In this document: positions 51,242-63,042 of the stretch, in pieces
How positions within the stretch are numbered: the stretch's first letter is position 1
Layout of the letters: the number at the start of each line of letters is the position of its first letter
Assembly: GCA_001244265.2 (NCBI GenBank)
Contig: CDLV01000006.1
Location: 1,922,001 to 1,986,000 of the forward strand
DNA from: Microbotryum violaceum
Lineage: Eukaryota
DNA: 64,000 nt
Reading direction: 5' to 3'
The notes under the pieces: generated by a model
Told to the model about the DNA's origin: nothing
Database searches by the model: none
The model's input: the letters and a program-made list of their open reading frames with translations, nothing else
Translations under genes and position numbers: made by a program

Positions 51242-51654
51242 ACACGAAGGTTGGGCAGAAGGGAGCTTCAAAGCTTTGAGATGTACTTGGTACGACGGGT
51301 GTAGTAACATATGCAGAGTTGAATCAATGTGGTGTCGAACCGTAGTTTTCGAGAGCCGAGTACACCGTGGATTGAATGACGGGACGCTGTGCCAAGTGCG
51401 ACGAGGATGGTCAGAAATAGAGCGGGGGGCTCAGATTCATGGAAGCAATGCTTTTCATGTGCAGGACATCGGCCGACGTGGTACTCAGAGCGACTCGGGG
51501 CTGGGTCCGAGCGCGGCTGAGCACTTGAGGCGCAGCGCACCTCTCGACAGCTCTTTGATCCTGCAACCCGACTGCCGCGCGAACGCCAAATCACGTTGGG
51601 GTCGAACGGACACATACCAGACACTCGTCAACCAAGTCACACACACACCCCGCA

Positions 51655-53538
51655 ATGCTGCTGGTGAAGCAACACGTCGAGCGGGACCTGTCTGGTTACG
51701 TCACTCTGCGCCCGCAAGAGGACGAGGACATGTGGCACGCCTACAACCTCATACAACACGGCGACGAACTACGGGCCTCGGCCGTACGAAGGGTCACCAC
51801 CGAATCCTCGACGGGATCGACGACGTCGCATCGCGTGCACCTCAAGTTGACCATCGTCGTCGAGAAGGTGCTCTATTCGGCTCTGGCTGCGGGAGGCGAG
51901 AGTGGCAGTGCAGCTTCCGATTCGTCGAGTACAGCTGGCGCATCGACGCGTGGAGCACCATCACCGGAACAGCTGACGACGGCAGCTACGACGGGGACAG
52001 GCGGTGGATCTCATTCAGCGACGCTGCACGTCTCGGGCAAGGTCTCGTCCGAGAACCCTCATGTCAAAAAGGGCGCGTTCCATACATTGGATCTGGAGAT
52101 CGGTCGCGATTTTACCATCATTAAACAACCGGGGGAATGGGATTCGATCGCAAGGGATAGGGTCGCCGAAGTAACCGAGCCGGGGAGAGGAGCCGAGGTC
52201 GGCGCGATCGTTTGCGGTGAAGGTGAGAGGCAACCTCGGATCTGACGCCCGAGGTTGCGCGGTGAATGGAATATAACTGAAGTGTTGGTGACACCACCTA
52301 GGTATTGCCAACATTTGCGTCGTAACGAACCACACGACCATCATCCGACAACGAATCGACGTCGCCGTGCCGAGGAAACGGAAAGGTGGGGGGACCGCCC
52401 TGGGAGCAGACAAGGTGTGTGAGAGCCGCTCTTTATGGAGAAATAATTTCAAGGACGGAGTTTGTAATTCTCAGGCCCACAATCGCTTCAATCAACAAGT
52501 CTACGCCGCCGTCGTACGGCATTTCGATTTCGACACCATCAAGGTGCTCATCCTCGCCTCACCCGGCTTTACCAAGGAGTCCGTCTACGCTTATATCATG
52601 GAAGAGGCTGTGGTAAGTCGTTGAAAGGTGCACGGGTCAACGAATCAAAGTTTTTGATTGCATTTTACTTGGCTCTCTTCATCAGCGGCAAGGGAACAAG
52701 ACACTGCTGCAGGCCAAATCGAAATTTCTGCTCCTGCATTCGCCCTCGCACCACGTCCACTCGCTTGCGCAGATCCTGTCCAGTCCCGAGGTCAGTTTGG
52801 TATTAGAACTCTCTTTTACGTGCAGGGATGCTGCATTTGTTGGCTTACCTTTGTTTCCCGGGTAAATCCCCTCTTCAGATCTCTTCACAACTTAAAGACA
52901 CCAAGTTCGCTCAGGAGGGTCTGATGCTCGAAAAGTGAGGGGACAGGTCGACCTTATTATGACCCAAGCAGAGTGCAGGGCTGGGACTGACGACAAAACG
53001 TTCGTCTTACAGATTCTTTAAAATGCTTGATGAGAACCCGCTGAGGGCTTGGTATGGCGAGGACCACGTCTTCAAGGCCGCGGATCGGGGCGCGATTGGG
53101 AAGCTGTTGATCTCGGATGAGATTTTCAGGTGGGTTCCGACCGAATTCAACCTGTTGTAGTGGACGAACTGGTCATTCAGAGGAATCAATCTCTCCTCCG
53201 AGTGACAGGTCTCCTATCCCCGCTCGAAGGAAACGGTTCGTTCGCTTGGTCGAAAGCGTCAAAGCCTATGGGGGCGAAGTGCTGATCTTCTCGAGTATGC
53301 ACGAGTCGGGACAACGCAAGTCGTGTCGTCGCTCGAGAGTCGGATCCAAAGAAGCCTGGGACTAATTTTGTCTCGGGGTGTTCCTTTTGCGGCAGAATTG
53401 AATCAGTTGACGGGTATTGCGGCATTATTAACGTACCCTTTGGATGTCGAGGATGTACTGGAGGAGGAGAGGGTCGAAGCGGAGGAGGCAGAGAGAAAGC
53501 AAGAGGAAGAAGAGGGAGATGAGCAAGTGGAGCGATGA
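51655..53538 (+). CDS. DOM34: Pelota / Dom34 ribosome rescue factor
   Basis: [37 protein letters not shown] and [25 protein letters not shown] intron at 53316-53395. Confidence 0.97.
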
Positions 53539-54000
53539 TCGGCGATCTCTTCCTGCGTAGGCTGGGGAGTCTGCGGATGGGAAGTTGGTATACCATAGTA
53601 GCCGTGGTGCTGAAGCTTTCGAGACCCGTTGTTACTCACGACAGAAGTGGTTTCAGCTTCCGTGTGGTGAGAGGTCTTGTCAAGTTCAGCAATGGGGATG
53701 ATCGAGCCGGCCACTGCACTGGTGGCTGGGGCATACGCGGCCCGTGCGAGTGAGGTGGTGCGGTCGGCGCGCGGGGTGGGGTCTCGCGGGAGCTCGCGGG
53801 GTCGTTGCTTCAGCTCGAGCTTGCCTTCTCTGCGCTCAGCTCACGACCCAGCACAACACGACAACCCCTACTTCCGTGAGCCTACGCGACTGGCCGCAAA
53901 CTCTCTTTATACCTCCCACCGATCAGATTCTCGCGCGCGTGTGTGTGTGCCACAAACCATCCCGGCCGCCCGGTTGGTTTCCATTCTCCCGTCTCCCGCG

Positions 54001-57000
54001 ATGAGTTGGCAACCGCAGGCGCAGGGGCTCGACGAATTGCTGCAATGCCTGCGCAACTCGGGGTCACCCGATACCAAGGTTCAGGAGCAGATCCAAGCCG
54101 TGAGTCGCTGTGAGGACGGTGGCGTCGCTGGCGGTGGTGGTGGTGGTCGTAGTTGCTCGTCGTGGCGCGTGCGTGGTCGCGCATGTCGTGGTCTGGTCGG
54201 GCTGCCGCCTCACCGGCTGCTGCGAGCAAAAGAATCAAGGACCCGGCCCCCGGCCACCGGCCACCGACCACCGACCACCGGCCATCGACCACCTCCGCGG
54301 TTCTAGGTACCGTGGCACCCGCGCCCATGCCGGAACCGTACTGACCATTCCTTGGCTTTGCTTTCCCTTACAGCGCCTCGAGTCGTTCAATGAGGTGCCC
54401 GACTACAACTCGTATCTGGTCTTCATCCTGACCCAGCTCCCCGCGGAGGATATGACCGTGCGCTCCATGGCCGGTCTCTTGCTCAAGAACAACATCCGAC
54501 TGCGACTGGACGCGATCCCCGCCGACGTGTTGGCCTACGTCAAGGAGCACGTCTTCGAGGCCATCGCCGACCCGACCCCGATGATCCGCAACACCGTCTC
54601 GACCGTCGTCGACACGCTCCTCATCGGCCTCGGACCCCAGAACTGGCCTGAAGCGTTGGCGCAGTTGATGCAGCTCATCGAATCGACGGACCAGTATGCC
54701 CAGGAGGTGGGTCAGCACAAGTAGTTCTACCGGAAACAGTTCCATCACTGAATTAGTCCGCTCTCGTCGTCCGCAGGGCGCTTTCTCGGCCCTTGACAAA
54801 TTGTGCGAAGACATCCCGCGCCAGCTCGAGCAGATGGAGGTGCAGGGAAACAAGCCGCTCGAGTTCATGATCCCGAAATTTATCCAGCATATCGACGCGG
54901 GCAACCCCAAGATCCGCGCTTACGCCCTCTCCGCCGCGTCGCATTTCATCACGACCGAGAACAACGCGCTCTCGACCCACATCGTCAATTTTATCAACGC
55001 GCTCTTCCGCCACGCCTCGGACGACTCGACCGAGGTCAAGAAGCTCGTCTGCCAGGCCTTGGTCCAATTGCTCGCGAACCGGCCCGACAGTCTGATACCC
55101 CACATGCCCAACGTTGTCGACTTTATGCTCTACGCGACCCAGACGATCGAGGACGAGGAGGTTGCGCTCGAAGCGTGCGAGTTTTGGCTCACTTTTGCCG
55201 AGGACCCCGAACTCATCGAACACCTGCGACCCTTCTTGCCCCGCGTCATCCCCGTGCTCTTGTCGTGCATGGTCTACTCCGAGGACGACATCGCCATCTT
55301 GGACGGCGCCGAAGACGACGCCGCCGTGCCCGACAAGGCTGAAGACATCCGACCTCATCTCTTGTCGTCAAAGGCGCACACCAACGAGCGGATTGAGGGC
55401 CCCAACAGTACAGGGACATTGACGCCGCCGAGCAACAAACCGCGCGACGCACTGGACGACGACGACGAGGAGGATGAAAGTGATTACGAGGACGACGAGG
55501 ACGATGATCCATACACAGAGTGGAACTTGAGGAAATGCTCGGCCGCGGCTCTGGACGTGATGGCCGTCGCATTTGAGACCGAGATGCTCGAGATCCTGCT
55601 CCCCTACCTGAGGGAAAAGCTGTTTTCAACCGAATGGACCGATCGCGAATCCGCTATATTGGCCCTGGGCGCAATCGCGGAGGGATGCATCACCGGCATC
55701 GAGCAACACTTGCCCGTGTTGATGCCCTTGCTCATCAACTCGCTTAACGACCCGAAACCGCTCGTCAGGTCCATCACATGTTGGACAATAGGGCGGTATT
55801 CGAGCTGGACGATCAAGGAGGACGCCACACCCGAGCATAAGCAGCAGTTTTTTATTCCGGCCATGGAAGGCGTGAGTCCTACCGTATCATCGTGGTCTCG
55901 GATGTGCCAATACTCAGACTGACGTGGCTCCACTTTCTTCTCCTGTAGCTCCTGAAAATGTGTCTCGACAACAACAAGCGGGTACAAGAAGCGGGATGTT
56001 CGGCCTTTGCGACACTCGAAGAGGAAGCCGGACCCGAGCTCGAGCCGTACCTCGGCTCGATCCTCGGCAACCTCGTTTTCGCCTTCGAGAAATACCAGCA
56101 AAAGAACTTGTTGATCCTGTACGACGCGATTGGAACACTCGCCGACTCGGTGGCAGGTGCCTTGAATCGACCCGAACACGTCAACGTCCTGATGCCGCCG
56201 CTCATCCGGCGATGGCAGGACCTGAGCGACAACGACCCAGATCTGATCCCGCTACTCGAGTGCCTGTCCTCGGTCGTGATTGCAATCGGGCAAGGGTTCC
56301 TCAGCTACGCGCAACCTGTATTCGAACGCTGCATCGCCATCGTCAAACAGTCGTTGATCGATTTCGAGCAGTACAAGGCGAACCCGGCCCAGGTCGAGGA
56401 ACCGGACAAGACTTTCCTCATCGTTTCGCTCGATCTCTTATCGGGGCTGACCCAGGGTCTCAACACGGCCATCACCGAATTGTATCGATCGTCGGACCCG
56501 CCCGTCCTGTCTTTGCTCGCGATGTGTCTGCAGCACCCCGACCCGCCCGTGAGACAATCGTCGTATGCCCTCTTGGGCGATACCGCCATCTCATGTTTCC
56601 CGATCTTGCACCCCGTCTTGGCCCAGTTCATGCCGGGCGTGATCGCGAGCATCGACGTCGAACCGAGACCGGCCGAAGTGAGCGTATGCAACAATGCTGC
56701 TTGGGCAGCGGGTGAGATCGCCCTGCAGGCCGGAGCCGACATGAAGCCGTGGGTCCAGCCCTTGATGGAACGGATCGTACCCGTGCTCTTGTCGAATAGA
56801 TCGGCTCGAAGTCTGACGGAGAACTCGGCCGTCACGATCGGGAGGTTGGCGATCGTCTGCCCCGACCTCGTCGCACCTCACCTCGAAGTCTTCGTCAGTG
56901 CTTGGTGTCAAGCCTTGGCGGATATTAAGGACAACGAAGAGAAGGATTCGGCGTTCCGGGGGATCTGCGCCGCGATCCAGCTGAACCCGAATGGTATCTC

Positions 57001-57187
57001 AGCTGCGTTTGGATATTTCCTCAACGCAATCGCGCGGTGGCAACGACCGTCCGAGACGTTGCACGACATGTTCAAGACCATCTTGGTCGCTTTCAAAAAC
57101 ATGTCCGACCCGCCGGCGTGGGAGGCCCAACTGGCGCATCTGCCACCACCGATCGTAACCAGGTTACGAGAGCGATACCCGATTTGA
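54001..57187 (+). CDS. KAP104: Transportin-1 / karyopherin beta-2
   Basis: MSWQPQ, AGLLLKNN, VALEACEFW, acidic H8 loop followed by WNLRKCSAAALDV, NKRVQEAGCSAFATLEEEA and NNAAWAAGEI. Confidence 0.97.
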
Positions 57188-57270
57188 TTCGCGTCGTTCT
57201 CCGGTTTTGTTCTCCGCCTTTCGAATCTTGCTGTAGGGGTTTTCTTACACACTCACGAACTCTTCTTCTT

Positions 57271-57395
57271 TTGTTTAGCACCTTGTTTAGCACCTTGTTT
57301 AGCACCTTGTTTAGCACCTTGTTTAGCACACCTCTCTCGCCCCTCTTTTGTTTAGCACTGACTCCCACTCATCATCATCAGCTCTTTGTTTAGCA
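57271..57395 (+). repeat. TTGTTTAGCA(CC) repeats just after the transportin stop codon
   Basis: Five tandem 12-mers (57271-57329) plus isolated copies at 57348 and 57386. Confidence 0.9.
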
Positions 57396-57663
57396 TGGTC
57401 ACCCGTCTCTTTGAACTCGTCAAGGCTTCATGTTTCGTCAAGTTCTCGAAAACCATTTTTTCTTCTTGACGGGAATGCTTGTTCCTCCCAATATATTTGC
57501 AATCGTCCTTCTCTTGGCTCGACTCATCTCGTCACGGCCCAGTTGCTTGCCGTCCGGCCATCCGGATCGCTTTAATATATCATCCGTGCGACATTACAGA
57601 TAAGCACATATTGCACCTAAATGAAGTACAGTCATTTTTGCTACTTTGCATTCTTCATTTGTG

Positions 57664-58744
57664 CTACAGCCCCTTTTGTTTCCGGTACTGCTCGATCTGC
57701 TCGATGCTGATCATCTTGAGCCCCCAATCACGCGCAAACTTGAAGCAGTCGTCGCGCCGGGCCATGGATCCCATCGGGTCGTCGGCCTTGACGAGCTCGC
57801 AGATGATACCTGCTGGTGGTAGACCGGCGAGACGGCAAAGGTCTGTGAGGGAAATAAAAGCATGTTCTCAACCACAGTCCGGGGCGGGAAATTGTCTCCA
57901 CAACTCTCCCCTGGTCGCAAGAGCGCAGAACTTACCAATCGAAGCTTCTGTATGCCCCTTGCGTGCCAAAACACCTCCATCTACGGCGCGAAGAGGTACC
58001 AGGTGACCCGGTCTTGAAAAATCGGCAGCGGTCGAGCTCGGGTCGGTCAATTTGACGGCCGTCAAGGCTCGATCGTGGGCCGAAATGCCGGTCGTCGTTC
58101 CTGCCAGAGTGGGGAGCCAGTGTGAGGGTCAAGGCTGAGACAGCCAAAGACGCCATTGCTACTACTGCGGTACACACTGACCATGTCGGTAGTCCACGGT
58201 CACGGTGTAGGCGGTCTTGTTCTTGTCCTGGTTGTCCTCGACCATCATCTTGATGTCAAGTTCCTCGAGCCGTTGCGCGGGCAGGCAGATGCAGATGTAC
58301 CCTCTGCAAAGTCACATCGCGTAGTCTAAGCCTTCCGCGATCTCTTCCTCGATGCAGCAGCAACCAGACTGACGAGGAATGACGAATGAGCCAGGCCATT
58401 TGCTCGGTCGAGATATTGTGCGCGGCGATGATGAGGTCACCTTCGTTCTCGCGGTCCATGTCATCGACGACGACGACAAACTCGCCGCGCTCGATGTCGA
58501 CCAGCGCATCCTCGATCGAGTCGAGTTGCCAGTGCTCTTCTGCGCCTTGCGTTGACGGTGCGGACGAAGCCGAAGCTGATGCGGATGCGGATGCGGATGC
58601 GGATGCGGATGCCGTCGCCAATGCCGTTGCCGAGGATGAGGACGTAGTCGAAGCCGGCGGAGTTGCTCCATGGCCATGACCCGCACTGGTGTTCCTGACC
58701 CGGGTCGGTGCCTTCTTTGTTCGAGCAGAGGTGGATGTTGACAT
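57664..58744 (-). CDS. RIB3: 3,4-dihydroxy-2-butanone 4-phosphate synthase
   Basis: [55 protein letters not shown] and GIICEL. Ser/Ala-repeat N-terminal extension. Confidence 0.96.
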
Positions 58745-59599
58745 GATGTGCGTTCAGACGAGCTGCGACGACGAATGTCGCGGCGAGTGCTGACTGACTA
58801 TATTCGAGGTGCGAGAAAGAAGAGCCCGCCCCCCCCCCCGGCTATGGCAATCGCGTAATTCTGGGCCGGTCGGTTTGTAGAGCTATTTATTAGTCACGAA
58901 CGCGTCCGCTCCGCACTGTCACGCGCCCGCCGTCTCTCCCCACGCTAGTCTTGGGATAACTCTCGCCACGTGATCCACCGTGCTCTGTTCCATCTCCGGC
59001 TTCTGACCGTCGTCTCACGATCTCACGTTTTCAACTTCGTCGGAAATAGCGTTACCTGCCCTTCAGCTGCTCCCGCCACCAGACCCGGCCCGTGCTGCCA
59101 CGAGTCACAAACTTGTTCAATCTTGGTTCTCGTTCCCACTGCAGTATGATCGGCGGCACAAGCGAGATGAGATGGCTATCCAACGTCGCATCATTCTTGC
59201 CGTGTTCGACAGTCAAGATGGGCGGGCAAACCCCTGCGCACGCCACTCGACTAGCGTGCCAGCCTTTCTTCCCCTACCCCCTCTGCTGGAGAGTGCCCCA
59301 CGGCAGCCTCCTCTACTACAAGGAGTGCGAAAAGATCTAGCAAGCAGTCGGCGAAGTGATTTGGCTCGAGCAGGCCGCGTCGATCAGTAGTAAGAGCAGA
59401 GGGATGCTCACCGATTGGAAGGTTATTACGTTCGACTCATGTGAACCACCTGGCGCGAGCAGGTGCCCGATTGTCGACGACACAGGCTTGAGTGAGTGAG
59501 TGTACATCGACCGTCGTTATTGTGGACCGGAAAACAAAAGCTTTGTTGTATTCATTATATTTAAGCTTAATAATAAGACGATACTGATGTATTCGTAAT

Positions 59600-59790
59600 T
59601 AGTTTGTCGCGCGCTTGTAGGCAATATCATAAGCGCCCTGTTTTTCCTTTTTAATTTTAGTTTTTAATTTTTATTTTATTTTCTATATTTTTTGCGCTTT
59701 TTGCTAAGGCAAAAAATAAAAATAAAATAAGCGCGCGACGAAAAACAGACAAAAAAGGAAAAAATAAAAACAGCAAAAAGACAAAGAACT
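59600..59790. repeat. AT-rich fold-back island
   Basis: A T-rich half is followed by an A-rich half, with inverted GTCGCGCGCTT (59606) / AAGCGCGCGAC (59729). Confidence 0.6.
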
Positions 59791-60903
59791 TAACGATAAT
59801 AGAACTAAAAATCCTCATGAAATAGACCCGCTTGATTAATCAAGCGCTTAGTTGACGTGCAAAACGGCCCTTTCTGCTTCTGTACAGGCTAGTACTGCAC
59901 TTGCTCCGTGACCAGTACATCAAGGTTTCCACCGCCCGCCCGCCCGAGTTCGACCCGTCGCTTCTCCCTTCTGGCGCCCCAGCGGCCCAGATTTTCCCCT
60001 TATTCTTCGCCAAGCCAGAAGTGTGCAATGCCGAAGTCGTTACCGACACGTGATAAACTTCCGGTATGGTGTATGCAGATGGAATAGCCACCGCAAAGTC
60101 ATCCTAAACAATCCAAGCTGGCTGGCCATGATCGGCATCAAGCCTGGCCGGGTCGCCCCTGCGGGGCAGGCAGACGCGATTGATCTTCTGCATGGAAACT
60201 TTAAAACGGATCTTGGTGTGTGCTAGGTTGAAAAATATTCGACACTATCCCCTGCTCATCAAGCTGTGCGTACTTGGTACCCATCCATGGTGCATCGTGT
60301 CTTGCAGCACAGTCACCTCAATTCATAAGATCGTCCGACGATGACCTGGCCCGACGCTGGCGATTTGCTGAGCTCATCCAGCTAACCCGGAGCGAATTGT
60401 TGACACAAACACATAGGAGAGGGATCATACAGAGAGTCCTCGTTGCTCTTCAATCCTAGCAGCTGGGGCTCGATGGCAGGCTCGGGGATGGCATGATCCA
60501 CCACTCGAGGGAGGGAGCAGCGCAGGCACCCCAATGATCCGGGTGACATTCAGCATGAACATCGCTCTCGTATTGACCGTATTCTCGAACTCGGTATCCT
60601 CACTATCGTCAAGCCGAATTCTACGCTCTATAAACGTGAAACAACAGCAACGGGAGCCTGGTGAGTGTATCTCCGGTTGACATAGACGCGGACAGGTGTG
60701 GAGAAAACTCCGCCTCACTCCTCGGGTATCGCAACTCGTCCTCAGTGAAAGCGCCAGTTTCGGGTACACGTAGTTCAGGAAACAGAACCGATGGGGTATT
60801 TGATGAAGGATCAGAACCGAAAAAGAGCGCCCTGCGATCGCGCTCAATGGAAGGCAAGCCCGACTTGCAGCTCCGAATCGTTGAGGATGTCGGATCAGTC
60901 AGC

Positions 60904-62131
60904 GGGTAAGCTGGAATAATCATGGGATAACATTGCGAGTCAGCGGTTTAGACGGGTTGCACAGTCTACGTTCATGATGATGGTAAATCCTTCGGAGCGC
61001 AACGAAGCCTTGTACATTCTGATCGACATGGCGATTGACTGCCGCCGAGGCTCAGAAGCGCCGATCGGAGCAGCCGGGGCCGTGAGCTTAAAATATTAGG
61101 AGTCTCAATGACGTCGCGGGAAAAGCAAAAGGACGAAGTGAATTGATCTCAAAGTTTCATTGGTACTTTGATCTTCAAAGACACTCTTAAAGACCGGGGT
61201 CAAAGCTATCACGTGAAGCATTGAGCATTCCGAGGACGGTTGAGCGTAGGGGCCTCGAGCCTGGCATGAGGTGATCGGAGGGAGCCTTTGCTCGGCAACA
61301 GTCATCGATCGCCATCCAAACGCCAGTACCGCTTGGGGCTGAAAGGGACATCGAGATCTCATCAAAACAAGATTAGCCGCGCCGTCGCAGCAGATGACTC
61401 GTACCTCACCAGATGCTAGTGTCTACGGTGTAGATGAAAAAGCTGAAAACGACTGCGCGAAACGGATGCCACAAGCCCACAAGTACTCTATTTACTGCTT
61501 TATTCGCCCGTATGGTCAAGATGAACGAAACTGATAATCGGCCAGGTGTTGGAAAATCAGCAATGAAACGGCTTTCCTGGCAGAGCCGGATCATTTGAAG
61601 ACCGAATCCTGCGCACTGAGCGCTCGACGCGCGGCGCGCAAGGTGCCGGCCATCGTCGTCTTCTCACCATTCACTGCACCTTTTTGACATACCATGCAGC
61701 AAGCTCAAACATCCGACGAGCACGAAGAAGAAGATCGAGAAAAGGCTCCCTCCGATCGCCTCATGCCAGGCCCTCGGCCCACGCGCTCAACCGTCCTCGG
61801 AATGCTCAATGCTTCACGTGATAGCTTTGACACCGGACTTTAAGAGTGTTTTTGATGATCAAAGTACCAATGAGTACCAACTTTGAGATCAATCCCCTTC
61901 GGCATTTTGCTTTTCCCGCGACGTCATTGAGACTCCTAATATTTTAAGCTCACGGCCCCGGCTGCTCCGATCGGCGCTCCTGAGCCTCGGCGGCAGTCAA
62001 TCGCCATGCCGATCAGAATGTACAGGGCTTCGTTGCGCTCCGAAAGATTTGCCATCATCATGAACGTAGACTATGCAACCCGTCTAAACCGCTGACTCGC
62101 AATGTTATCCCACGATTATTCCATCTCACCC
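60904..62131. mobile_element. Non-autonomous long-TIR element (about 1.2 kb)
   Basis: Inverted arms of about 390 bp (60904-61294 and 61737-62131) with termini GGGT(A/G)AG...; core about 440 bp. TSD is degenerate at best (AGTCAGC/ATTGAGC). Confidence 0.85.
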
Positions 62132-63042
62132 ATTGAGCTTCAAGTCCGGGTCGTGGGTGAGGAGGTGGTTCATGACATCTAGCACTCTAGCGTTTAATTT
62201 TTTCTCTCATTTCCTTCATATGATTCACACTGTAGCATCCGCTTGATGTCTTTAGCCATGTAGATGTTGACACCAACTTCAAGTACAGCGTGAAAGAAAT
62301 GTTGAGTGACTGCGAAATTACCTGCGTCGTGAATTCCGTCGGGATCCGTCAGTCTTTGCCGCACGTGGGCCAGGCCGATCCGACCTGCGTCGGCAAACAG
62401 CGAATGAGAATGAAATCTGAATTTCAGCGAGTCTAAAAAGAGAGACGCTCGTATCGGGCGCTGGACCACATTGACTAGGAAAGGATTCTTCAATGTATGC
62501 GCCGTCGCAGTCCGCCGTCTCTCCTCTCTTCGGCTTCCCATCCCCCCAAACACACTTTCTGGTTTATACAGTGTGAGTCCTTTAATCACTACGCTGGGCA
62601 TCAATCGGCTGTACCCACTAGGTGCCAGCTGAGCACGGTTTCCAATGTGTCCCCCCATTGGTCCGTGCGCACTTGGCTCGTTTCTGGACCTTGCCGAGCA
62701 ATCACGTGCACCCGCCTGAGGGTGAAGAAATCGGTGGATGCTCGGGTCCCGACTTTTTCGAACTTTTTTGAAGTGGGTTGTAATCACACACTTTCCGACT
62801 ACATCAATCACGTTTGACTGTAACGGATTCCTCACTCTTGAGAATGGAAAAGTTGTATTCACAATGCAGGGTGGCTAAAGTGATTACAAGACAGAGAAGT
62901 GTCCACTGGTGAACGATAGATCAACCATCGGCGCAAGCGCAAAACCGGCCAGCGAAAAAAACGAGGGGGTTTACCTATCTTACAACGACACACAAACGAG
63001 AGCGAATTGTACACGGAATGGCGACGAAAGAGAAAAGACAAT

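Noticed and set aside
59052-59460. Short ORFs upstream of RIB3
   Set aside because: No recognisable family and no supportable gene model.
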